NCBI GenBank assembly: GCA_964187785.1
Contig: OZ076409.1
Location: 42,534,001 to 42,598,000, forward strand
Origin: Amphiscolops sp. MND2022
Lineage: Eukaryota
Length of the DNA: 64,000 nucleotides
Direction of reading: 5' to 3'
Below the pieces are notes generated by a model. The model searched no databases. It was not told where the DNA came from and was given only the letters and a program-made list of their open reading frames with translations. Made by a program: the position numbers and the translations under genes. Positions 11,767 to 23,499 of this stretch are shown here, piece after piece (position 1 is the stretch's first letter; each line of letters begins with the position of its first letter).

Positions 11767-14254
11767 GCACTATATCAGTGGCCAAACGAGCACTAGTAAC
11801 TCAGACGCCGCCCCTGGTTGGATTTCAGAGAGTACGGGGGCCGCTCAGTCACTATTAGCTCTCTATTCGTTTCGGTGAGGACTTAAGAAAATTGTGGTTG
11901 GCTATGTCCTCTATTTTCCGAAATGCGTTCTAGGGGTTGTAGGCTGCTCAAATTCGCACAGCGCTTTCTCACTAGCACACTGGGCCAGAAAATCAACCTG
12001 GTTTAGGGCAGAAAGTCTCCGGTCACTCACAGGAACAATTTCAAGGAATTTTTGGATTTTCCAAGAATCGCACAACAAGACTCAAGAGGCTCGTGTGTGC
12101 GCTGGAAGCGCTGTATCAAGCCCAAAATTGACCAGCAGATCTTAGGTTCACGTAGGTTTACGAAAACGACTGCAGTTTTGAGCTGCGCCCCTTCTACACA
12201 ATTTCACCTAGGTACAGACGTGCGGTACCACTATGTGCCGAAATACACTGTTTTTCACGTCTTTTTCAGGATTGCGGTCCACTGGAAAGAGCTAGCAAGC
12301 TCAAATTTTCTGCAGCAACGCAGGAACTGGCACAGGTTGCGATGGTGAGCTGCAATATAGCCCACCCGTCAGCTAAGGTGCCCGGGTTACTTGGAAAAAT
12401 CAAGAAAAAACTGCCTTTTTGCGTACTTTTCTGGGCTCCACGTTTTTCCTATTTTCTCGACAAGTATAACACAGATCGGCACCAAACTTGGTAGTCCATG
12501 CCAGTGGGCACCTACAATGCCACTGATATGGTCGACTTGAAGCGCGGGCGCTTATTTGAGGTTTCGACCTGTTATGGACGTTACGCACGAAAAAACACTG
12601 TTTTTGATGACTTTTTCCACAAATTGACCAAGAGGATCACATCAGAAAGTGATACGGCGGGCAAAATGGGACCAACGTGTTGCCCCACTATCTTTCGCAC
12701 TGGGATAAACCCTCAATTGGTTGTGCCCGTTAGGTATGAGGCACTGACAGTCCAGCAGTTTTGGATTTTTTCGGTCCTTTTATGCTTTTCTGAAGTCGAA
12801 ACGTCAGAGAGCTTTTCTCGAGTTTGGTGACCGATACGCTCACCAAATTTTCGGCACTAACGTTAATTTTTGTGGTGATTATGAAACAGCAACCACTTTT
12901 TGGCTAGGGTTCGGAATTGAGTGACCCGACCCTAGTCTGGAGACAGTCCGGTTTAGTGGAAAATTGACCAAATTCAGTGCGTTTTTCCAGTTTTCTCAAC
13001 ACTGAACGGGAATTTTTACACACGGTTTTCACCACCACGCGTTATTTTTATCACAGAAACAGAAAAAAAGAGCGTTCGGAGCCGCTCTGTTCAATTAGAC
13101 TTCGCTCCCAAGACTTTCAGACAATGCACTTTCTATGCCTGAAAACGCCTTAAATCACAGGTTTTTTTACACCGTGTCAGCCCCGGGCTGCCTGAATCCG
13201 CTACAAAAGTTGCAGTTAGTGTCCTGTGGGTTAGTTGCGCTTGCAAAAACAACGTACACTGCTTTTCCATGCTTCTACACAAGTGTACGCCTGTGCTTTT
13301 GGGTGCCTTTTAGGCCAAATTTCCAATTTTTTGCAATTTTCTGGTACTAAATCGGCACTTTTATCACAACCAAAGGTCAGAATACTGCCTCTCGTGCCTT
13401 GTACCAGCTTTCTCGAGCCTTGTAGCTGCTTTTCACAACACTTTTCGCAAAGTTTTCCTGGTTCCACTGAGCACGAGTGCTCGAAACCAAGAAAAACACC
13501 AAAAAAACGCAAAAGTGAGGTTTTTTCGCTAGAGTGCCATCTTTTTCGCAGAAAAGCACTTCATAGGGTGTCGTTACATTTGCGATAAAACGTCACTGAC
13601 CTGCACCAACGATTCCCCGTCGAAAAAGGCGCATTTTCAAAGTTTTTCCCAACCATGAGCCATTTGAGCGACACGTCTGGTCACAGGGGGTGCATCTTCT
13701 CCACGCTTTTTCTCCACATCTAGACCAGACAAAGACACGCGGTTTGGACCATTAGCACCGTCTGCTGTTGCACTTGCTGTCCACCAAAAACCATACCTCT
13801 AGGACGTCTCCACGGGAAATGGGAGTAGAAAGTAGACAACACACAAATTGACTCTTCCCTCGCCTCGCTGGCTCATGGCCAATCATCCACCAGTTACCTT
13901 CTTGCATGGCATAAAATGGCTGAAAATAGCTCGCAAAACCTGTTAAACACCAGTAGCGACGTGCTACTGTCTTCTGTACCTGCAAAAAGATACCCGCTGA
14001 TGGGTACATAACACATCACACAAAAATAGCGATTTTCTTCTAAAACACCTAAAAATGCCATTTTCACACCTGAAAACGTGATTTTTTCGGGTTTTCTCTA
14101 GTTCAACGCTTCTCCCAGTTCCAGTAGGTTGTCACACGACTAAAAAAGGGCAAAACTCTGCTTCTCTCTCCTTTTCCAGAGTCGAAACGGGCTTGGCGCT
14201 GATCACCAGGGGGCCAGATCTTTTAAAAACCGCTCGGGAAAGCTTCCCAAGACG

Positions 14255-14272
14255 ATCCCTCTGTGGTCGCCA
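14255..14272 (-). promoter_or_regulatory. Primer-binding site, tRNA-Arg-like, 15 nt from the LTR
   Basis: Minus strand reads TGGCGACCACAGAGGGAT, resembling the complement of a tRNA-Arg 3' end (...UCCCnnnGUGGUCG-CCA). Spacer TAGAACCTCATTTTT lies between LTR and PBS. Confidence 0.8.
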
Positions 14273-14287
14273 AAAAATGAGGTTCTA

Positions 14288-15033
14288 TGTAACGATAAGC
14301 GCCGGCGCTTGAACCGTAACTTAGAGTGGAGGAACTAGAACAGCGAATATAATCTGGGACTTAGATCTCCGCGGCCCTAGCTCATTTTCCCTCCGAAGGA
14401 GCCAGTCCCAAGTTGGGGGAACAGTCTTGTAAGAAACACTCTGGCCTGGTCCCAGTCTGTAACTGCTAAAAGTAACAGGCATCTTGCATAACTCAAGACC
14501 ACTGCTCAACTAGCCTTTAAAAAAGGGCTGAAAACAAGAGGAGGTTGAGCCATAGTATTGGAGAATCTGATAAAATCGACATATCCAAATAGGTAAATAT
14601 AGATGTTCAAGGGCAGCTCTCGAGCATATCAATCTACAGCAAAGGGAAATACAACAAATTTAACAGCTTGAGTCATTTTGGTAGAAATTGATTTCGGCTC
14701 CCAGCGCTAGCGCTCGTCACCACACAGGACACTGCAGGGATACTCAGGCGAACATCTGGAACACGGGTTTCCGGTACGATAGTAGTGTCGATCTCTGGGG
14801 GATGGGCACAATACCGTGTTTTTCAGACAAAAAAATACGTCTTTTTTGTCGTTTCTTGCGTTCGCTCTTCGCGGGCGGCGATTTCTGATTTTCTGGGTTG
14901 CTTTTTCTGGCAGGTACTTCATCTTGAGCATGTTTGAGTGCCACGTCAGATTTGAACGAATTTTTGGCAAAATTTCTGAACATGTCGAGTTGCAAAATCG
15001 GTGGATATTGCTGTACCAGAGCTTGCCGTTACA
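14288..15033 (-). repeat. 5' LTR (746 bp)
   Basis: Direct repeat of 3698-4444 with TG...CA ends. Confidence 0.95.
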
Positions 15034-18000
15034 AGAAGTTACAAGTTTAGTGTGGCCGTTAGTGGAAGCAACAGCATATAAGGCTTATGAAATCTGTCAC
15101 GTCGTTGGTCAAAAAAGCGCCGAATAAAAAACAAGTGACATTTTGGTGTGAAATAGAATGCAACTGATGTAGAAAAAGATTTTCAAGAGTGGAGTAGCTT
15201 ACAGAAAATCAACAAACTATTTGACAAACACTGTCATCTTTTTGTTTGTTTAACTTTGCTAGGGTTACGGTATGATAGGTCTTCGAAGGATCTCGACATT
15301 TGAACAACTTGGCTGTGCACATGAAATTTGGAATGCATTTCATTCAACGGTGGAAGGGTTTGAGGGACTTTGTTCATATGATCAGAGAAAGTCCTGTAAA
15401 CTAGAAAACAAGTCGCTTCGTCTAAACATGGCTGGTTGTAATCGGTACTTGAAACTACAAGCTTAAGGAATGATGCATTAATATGTGTCAGTTTGTGCTC
15501 GAACATATGATTGTTGCTGGTTACATGTGCTGTGCGATTTTATTTTTTTCTGAACTATGTCGACATGTCCCATTGAGTTGAAAAGGTGGAGGTTTTTGAC
15601 TGCGACTGATTTTTAGGAAACTGAAGACGATATAATTGGAGCATATTGCTGTTTAATGAATATTTTAGATTGTTTTGTTGGAGACTTCAATGAAGACAGA
15701 GTGCAATTTTTTTTGTTTCGACTTTGGTGGAATTGGCTTTTCGAGTAAAGAACAATTTTCAAGACCTGTGCACAATGCCTAATAATTCACACGCCCTTGT
15801 ATTCAATGACAATCTATGGAAGAACAGCTAGAAAAGGTGATACGCCAGCTATTTTTTGCTTAGTAAAAACTTGAGAGAAACTAGAGAAACCCTGTTGTTG
15901 GTTTTTTTTTAAAATCAATGAAAAAGTTTTGAACAACCAACATACAATGAACATTGAGTGGGAAGAGTTATCCGTAAAGGACTGAACACTGCATCGCTTC
16001 ACAAGAGACACCAAAAAATTTTAGTGACGGACAGATCGCACGGCATCATCCTATCTTCAGAGTGAAAACAGGACCTCACTTGAACGATTGACATGATGAT
16101 ATTCAAATGCTGCTCGCTCCAAAAATTAGAAACGCTGATGGCTTGATCCCGGTGCTCATAGAAAAACATACTGCAGCAACCAATGATAGACCGAAGCGAC
16201 TACGAACCCAAACCCAGAAGTAGCGAGCATAGTCGCATAAATCAACTGAAACAGAGGTTGTTATGACATCATCGTCACTTAATATTATTCGGTTCTTAAC
16301 TAGAATTGGAAGCTAAAGAAGATACTCTTAACTTGCTGGTTCTTTGAATATTTTGTACGGATAACGTTGAAAAAAAAGAGAAGCGGAAATGAGCTGGAAT
16401 TTTCAGCACGTTCTTTTCAAACTTTTTTTCCACCATTTTTAATCGGCGCTTCATGAAGTGAAACGCGACTAATATAGTGACTTTTTTCAATCCACACGAA
16501 CCGACCAAAATAGTTCCTAAAAGTTCTACGAAATTTTATGGTCCCAAATTGAATCATTTGTCCTAGCGAACTGAATCAAAAACGTTTTTCCTCTTTTTCC
16601 GCGTAACATACAACACCGGGAGACACTAAAAGGTCCCCTTTCAGTTTTTTCGGCATTGTGAGACTTTTTACCGAAACAATTATCTGCAATATAGCCCACC
16701 CGTCAGCTAAGGTGCCCGGGTTACTTGGAAAAATCAAGAAAAAACTGCCTTTTTGCGTACTTTTCTGGGCTCCACGTTTTTCCTATTTTCTCGACAAGTA
16801 TCACACAGATCGGCACCAAACTTGGTAGTCTATGCCAGTGGGCACCTACAATGCCACTGATATGGTCGACTTGAAGCGCGGGCGCTTATTTCAGGTTTCG
16901 ACCTGTTATGGACGTTACGCACGAAAAAACACTGTCGTCACCACACAGGACACTGCAGGGATACTCAGGCGAACATCTGGAACACGGGTTTCCGGTACTA
17001 TAGTAGTGTCGATCTCTGGGGGATGGGCACAATACCGTGTTTTTCAGACGAAAAAATACGTCTTTTTTGTCGTTTCTTGCGTTCGCTCTTCGCGGGCGGC
17101 GATTTCTGATTTTCTGGGTTGCTTTTTCTGGCAGGTACTTCATCTTGAGCATGTTTGAGTGCCACGTCAGATTTGAACGAATTTTTGGCAAAATTTCTGA
17201 ACATGTCGAGTTGCAAAATCGGTGGATATATCTGTACCAGAGCTTGCCGTTACAAGAAGTTACAAGTTTAGTGTGGCCGTTAGTGGAAGCAACAGCATAT
17301 AAGGCTTATGAAATCTGTCACGTCGTTGGTCAAAAAAGCGCCGAATAAAAAACAAGTGACATTTTGGTGTGAAATAGAATGCAACTGATGTAGAAAAAGA
17401 TTTTCAAGAGTGGAGTAGCTTACAGAAAATCAACAAACTATTTGACAAACACTGTCATCTTTTTGTTTGTTTAACTTTGCTAGGGTTACGGTATGATAGG
17501 TCTTCGAAGGATCTCGACATTTGAACAACTTGGCTGTGCACATGAAATTTGGAATGCATTTCATTCAACGGTGGAAGGGTTTGAGGGACTTTGTTCATAT
17601 GATCAGAGAAAGTCCTGTAAACTAGAAAACAAGTCGCTTCGTCTAAACATGGCTGGTTGTAATCGGTACTTGAAACTACAAGCTTAAGGAATGATGCATT
17701 AATATGTGTCAGTTTGTGCTCGAACATATGATTGTTGCTGGTTACATGTGCTGTGCGATTTTATTTTTTTCTGAACTATGTCGACATGTCCCATTGAGTT
17801 GAAAAGGTGGAGGTTTTTGACTGCGACTGATTTTTAGGAAACTGAAGACGATATAATTGGAGCATATTGCTGTTTAATGAATATTTTAGATCGTTTTGTT
17901 GGAGACTTCAATGAAGACAGAGTGCAATTTTTTTTGTTTCGACTTTGGTAGAATTGGCTTTTCGAGTAAAGAACAATTTTCAAGACCTGTGCACAATGCC

Positions 18001-21000
18001 TAATAATTCACCCGCCCTTGTATTCAATGACAATCTATGGAAGAACAGCTAGAAAAGGTGATACGCCAGCTATTTTTTGCTTAGTAAAAACTTGAGAGAA
18101 ACCCTGTTGTTGGTTTTTTTTTAAAATCAATGAAAAAGTTTTGAACAACCAACATACAATGAACATTGAGTGGGAAGAGTTATCCGTAAAGGACTGAACA
18201 CTGCATCGCTTCACAAGAGACACCAAAAAATTTTAGTGACGGACAGATCGCACGGCATCATCCTATCTTCAGAGTGAAAACAGGACCTCACTTGAACGAT
18301 TGACATGATGATATTCAAATGCTGCTCGCTCCAAAAATTAGAAACGCTGATGGCTTGATCCCGGTGCTCATAGAAAAACATACTGCAGCAACCAATGATA
18401 GACCGAAGCGACTACGAACCCAAACCCAGAAGTAGCGAGCATAGTCGCATAAATCAACTGAAACAGAGGTTGTTATGACATCATCGTCACTTAATATTAT
18501 TCGGTTTTTAACTAGAATTGGAAGCTAAAGAAGATACTCTTAACTTGCTGGTTCTTTGAATATTTTGTACGGATAACGTTGAAAAAAAAAGAGAAGCGGA
18601 AATGAGCTGGAATTTTCAGCACGTTCTTTTCAAACTTTTTTTCCACCATTTTTAATCGGCGCTTCATGAAGTGAAACGCGACTAATATAGTGACTTTTTT
18701 CAATCCACACGAACCGACCAAAATAGTTCCTAAAAGTTCTACGAAATTTTATGGTCCCAAATTGAATCATTTGTCCTAGCGAACTGAATCAAAAACGTTT
18801 TTCCTCTTTTTCCGCGTAACATACAACACCGGGAGACACTAAAAGGTCCCCTTTCAGTTTTTTCGGCATTGTGAGACTTTTTACCGAAACAATTATCTGC
18901 AATATAGCCCACCCGTCAGCTAAGGTGCCCGGGTTACTTGGAAAAATCAAGAAAAAACTGGCTTTTTGCGTACTTTTCTGGGCTCCACGTTTTTCCTATT
19001 TTCTCGACAAGTATCACACAGATCGGCACCAAACTTGGTAGTCTATGCCAGTGGGCACCTACAATGCCACTGATATGGTCGACTTGAAGCGCGGGCGCTT
19101 ATTTGAGGTTTCGACCTGTTATGGACGTTACGCACGAAAAAACACTGTCGTCACCACACAGGACACTGCAGGGATACTCAGGCGAACATCTGGAACACGG
19201 GTTTCCGGTACTATAGTAGTGTCGATCTCTGGGGGATGGGCACAATACCGTGTTTTTCAGACGAAAAAATACGTCTTTTTTGTCGTTTCTTGCGTTCGCT
19301 CTTCGCGGGCGGCGATTTCTGATTTTCTGGGTTGCTTTTTCTGGCAGGTACTTCATCTTGAGCATGTTTGAGTGCCACGTCAGATTTGAACGAATTTTTG
19401 GCAAAATTTCTGAACATGTCGAGTTGCAAAATCGGTGGATATTGCTGTACCAGAGCTTGCCGTTACAAGAAGTTACAAGTTTAGTGTGGCCGTTAGTGGA
19501 AGCAACAGCATATAAGGCTTATGAAATCTGTCACGTCGTTGGTCAAAAAAGCGCCGAATAAAAAACAAGTGACATTTTGGTGTGAAATAGAATGCAACTG
19601 ATGTAGAAAAAGATTTTCAAGAGTGGAGTAGCTTACAGAAAATCAACAAACTATTTGACAAACACTGTCATCTTTTTGTTTGTTTAACTTTGCTAGGGTT
19701 ACGGTATGATAGGTCTTCGAAGGATCTCGACATTTGAACAACTTGGCTGTGCACATGAAATTTGGAATGCATTTCATTCAACGGTGGAAGGGTTTGAGGG
19801 ACTTTGTTCATATGATCAGAGAAAGTCCTGTAAACTAGAAAACAAGTCGCTTCGTCTAAACATGGCTGGTTGTAATCGGTACTTGAAACTACAAGCTTAA
19901 GGAATGATGCATTAATATGTGTCAGTTTGTGCTCGAACATATGATTGTTGCTGGTTACATGTGCTGTGCGATTTTATTTTTTTCTGAACTATGTCGACAT
20001 GTCCCATTGAGTTGAAAAGGTGGAGGTTTTTGACTGCGACTGATTTTTGGGAAACTGAAGACGATATAATTGGAGCATATTGCTGTTTAATAAATATTTT
20101 AGATCGTTTTGTTGGAGACTTTAATGAAGACAGAGTGCAATTTTTTTGTTTCGACTTTGGTGGAATTGGCCTTTCGAGTAAAGAACAATTTTCAAGACCT
20201 GTGCACAATGCCTAATAATTCACACGCCCTTGTATTCAATGACAATCTATGGAAGAACAGCTAGAAAAGGTGATACGCCAGCTATTTTTTGCTTAGTAAA
20301 AACTTGAGAGAAACCCTGTTGTTGGTTTTTTTTTAAAATCAATGAAAAAGTTTTGAACAACCAACATACAATGAACATTGAGTGGGAAGAGTTATCCGTA
20401 AAGGACTGAACACTGCATCGCTTCACAAGAGACACCAAAAAATTTTAGTGACGGACAGATCGCACGGCATCATCCTATCTTCAGAGTGAAAACAGGACCT
20501 CACTTGAACGATTGACATGATGATATTCAAATGCTGCTCGCTCCAAAAATTAGAAACGCTGATGGCTTGATCCCGGTGCTCATAGAAAAACATACTGCAG
20601 CAACCAATGATAGACCGAAGCGACTACGAACCCAAACCCAGAAGTAGCGAGCATAGTCGCATAAATCAACTGAAACAGAGGTTGTTATGACATCATCGTC
20701 ACTTAATATTATTCGGTTTTTAACTAGAATTGGAAGCTAAAGAAGATACTCTTAACTTGCTGGTTCTTTGAATATTTTGTACGGATAACGTTGAAAAAAA
20801 AGAGAAGCGGAAATGAGCTGGAATTTTCAGCACGTTCTTTTCAAACTTTTTTTCCACCATTTCTAATCGGCGCTTCATGAAGTGAAACGCGACTAATATA
20901 GTGACTTTTTTCAATCCACACGAACCGACCAAAATAGTTCCTAAAAGTTCTACGAAATTTTATGGTCCCAAATTGAATCATTTGTCCTAGCGAACTGAAT

Positions 21001-21109
21001 CAAAAACGTTTTTCCTCTTTTTCCGCGTAACATACAACACCGGGAGACACTAAAAGGTCCCCTTTCAGTTTTTTCGGCATTGTGAGACTTTTTACCGAAA
21101 CAATTATCT
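14714..21109. repeat. Near-identical ~2.2-kb tandem triplication (14714-16685, 16686-18898, 18899-21109)
   Basis: Each added unit = copy of internal 12350-12601 + LTR part 14714-15033 + flank 15034-16685; duplicated ORFs in the track confirm it. Confidence 0.95.
15034..15131 (-). mobile_element. HINE 5' part continuing after the LTR element
   Basis: agaagttaca...gtgtggccgttagtgg...gcttatgaaatctgtcac matches the uninterrupted copy at 47381-47450 and ends in subTIR-like aaaagcgccgaataaaa. Confidence 0.75.
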
Positions 21110-21328
21110 TTAAAGGGTCCCCCTTCAATTTTTTGATGTTTTGCGACAGAATGGATGTTGAAAAATCTCAAAACGTCTTCCCTGGCGCGCCAATTCGGTT
21201 CAACTTTTGGGTTTTTTGGGTACTGTAAAAGAATCCTTGACACTTCACACTGAGTCCTTTTGACACTAAGTCCTTTTGCTATTTTTGAGCCTGAGATATG
21301 GCACCTATTTATACCGTTCCCGGCTTGT
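20864..21328 (+). mobile_element. Complete HINE-like copy (truncated copies at ~16440-16685 and ~18654-18898)
   Basis: 5' aatcggcgc..gcgact subTIR/hairpin and 3' gatatggcacc...ccgttcccggcttgt terminus. Confidence 0.7.
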
Positions 21329-21669
21329 TTAAAAAAATAAACGCCGTTAGATCCCCTGTTCTTCGGATATTAGTCACCTGAAAATTGGCTCCTATGGTTT
21401 TGACAACTCCCCAATCAAATGTTAGCCTCCGACAAGCATGCAATTTCGAAGCTTCAATCGGTTGTTGATTCAAAAACCGAAAATTAATAGCTAAAATTTT
21501 CAAAACTTTTCGAACACACAAGTGTTCAGAAAATTACCAAACAACCGAAGAAATACACGAGTACTCCACGCTGAAGCAATTCATACAAGTCTCAAATTTC
21601 ACACAAGATACATGGCTTTAGCATCGGCTAAAACAATGGTTCCAGCCTGAGAATACGTGTCTACATGTC

Positions 21670-21849
21670 AATTTGTTTGATGTTTTGCAATAGAAATGTT
21701 TAAAAATTCCAAAGGGTTTCCATTTTAGCGACCAGCTCGGTCCAACTTTTGGGTATTCAGGTACTGTTAAATAAATCTTGACACTTTGAAATACTTTTGC
21801 TATGTTTCAGCTTTAGATATGGCGCCGACTTATGCCGTTCCTGGCTTGT
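21670..21849 (+). mobile_element. HINE 3' fragment
   Basis: gatatggcgccgacttatgccgttcctggcttgt terminus. Confidence 0.65.
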
Positions 21850-23499
21850 AACTTTTACTGGAACTATTAATGGTGAAAAGTAGTCATAAAAGGCCTCAAA
21901 ATGTTTGTCCACTGCTCGAAACTTTTGTTCATGTACTTCATATTTTTGAAAAATCTTGAATTTCAAAAAAACACTTCCCAGAAAACAGCTTGAATTCAAT
22001 TTCCGGAAGGAATAATCAACATCGATCAAAGTATTAACGCATGCACACACTTTTGTAATAGGTGTTCAAAATCAAGGTCCGATTATCAATAATGAGAAGG
22101 TGTAATTTCTGAATTTTACTGCCAAAGCTGTGCTAGAATTTTAAATATAATTGTTATCGTGAACATTCCCAGTTATGTCGACAAATGGTTATTCATCGTC
22201 GCCCTAACCAATTTTCAAACTTAATTTGCGACCAATTAGAGCCTTCATAATCTCGATCATTCCAACAGAGTGCAACTAAAATCTTTAGATAGTTTTTCTA
22301 GTGTCTCTTTCAAACTGTTTTAAAAAAAAGACTGAATATGGCACTGCTGTGATGACATCTCCCGTTTGACCACAGCATCCGAAGAATTGCCCTGGAGATG
22401 CGGAAGGTCTGCAGAAGAAACATGCAATTTTTGCAGAGGCTACCGCGCAAGTTAAAGACTCGCTGAGACTGTAAATTGATGTTTAGCTGCATATTGCAGT
22501 GTACTTATACGAATTTTCATGTTTTTGAAAATGTATGATCGGCTAGATTTCATTTTGTCATCGTTCATATCCAATAAAATGTATTTCAGCCAATTGCCAT
22601 TTTAGACCTCGGGAGTATATAGGAAGTTTCAGGAACGCTAGGAACCGTTCTTGCGTTCCCCAGGAACGTTTCCAGACATGCATTATGCTGGCACGTCGTC
22701 TCGGAGTTCTAAATGAGGAGTCTTCTCGACGCTAGAAAAGTCCCCCAGGAGACCTATTTTTGGGTCAAAGCTGATGCCTAGGCTTGTAGTTAGACTATGG
22801 TCTTCTGTCCAGGCAACCTCGGCATTATACCAGCTCTAGTATGTACCCATTTTGCTGGACGTTACATTTTCTTTCAAAACTTTTTTGAACCAGAAATATG
22901 ATAGTTAAGTCAACTTCACGGGTAAGGTGTTGTGAGCTTGATAACTAAGCAAACTTTGGGGCAAAACATCAAACGGATGTGAATAGCATCTTTCAGCAAA
23001 ATTTTACCACGTTGCGAAGATCTACAACGACCGCTGAGATACATGGCTTCTTTTTACTATTTGCCCTGGTCTTAGCCAGCGTTTCCCCTACCATCTTATT
23101 TAACAAAACTTTGAATGATCTTGCTGAATGTTCTCTGTCTGAACCATGTTTTCTACCCCATCATCAAAACCCAATCTATCATCAGAAAAATGATAATTCT
23201 CAAAGTTTTTCAAACTAGCTAAATTGAAAACGAACTTCTATTGAAAAAGTTTTTTGTTCGAACAAAACATTTTCACACATTTCGACAATGATTATTTTCC
23301 GCCGATATTTCATATGGGAAAGAAAAACATTTAAATCAAACAGGTTTTTTTTACAAAATTTGCCAAGCACCAAATTTATATTTAAATTTAAGGGTGTTAC
23401 CCTTAAAATTCAAATCACATGAATTTAGCTTCGCGCGATTTGTATTTCTGGACCTTTTTAGTTGACCCCAAGGACCCCGGAATGACCCAAAAGGGACCA

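Larger units (their letters stand above)
3698..15033 (-). mobile_element. Non-autonomous Ty3/gypsy-type LTR retroelement (~11.3 kb) without recognisable gag-pol, carrying two cargo ORFs
   Basis: Two direct repeats, 3698-4444 and 14288-15033, each TGTAACG...CGTTACA. PBS beside the right LTR and PPT beside the left LTR set the minus orientation, matching the long ORFs. No YxDD RT, RNase H or DDE integrase motif seen. The element splits a HINE copy. Confidence 0.93.

Noticed and set aside
5988..11878. Plus-strand ORFs overlapping the cargo genes
   Set aside because: Antisense shadow frames of GC-richer coding sequence.
16925..16945. Leader-LTR junction as a spliced retrocopy
   Set aside because: The deleted 12602-14713 segment has no GT-AG ends on either strand; 1-bp microhomology fits a DNA-level deletion.
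19991..20260. GDFN (AP-endonuclease-like) and GRTARKG (helicase-like) motifs in the repeated flank
   Set aside because: Isolated short motifs; the GDFN frame is broken by a stop in two of three copies and no other family motifs are present.
14714..21109. Repeated ORFs (90, 64, 103, 108 aa) as a multicopy gene family
   Set aside because: They arise from the tandem triplication of LTR and flank sequence and have no coding hallmarks.
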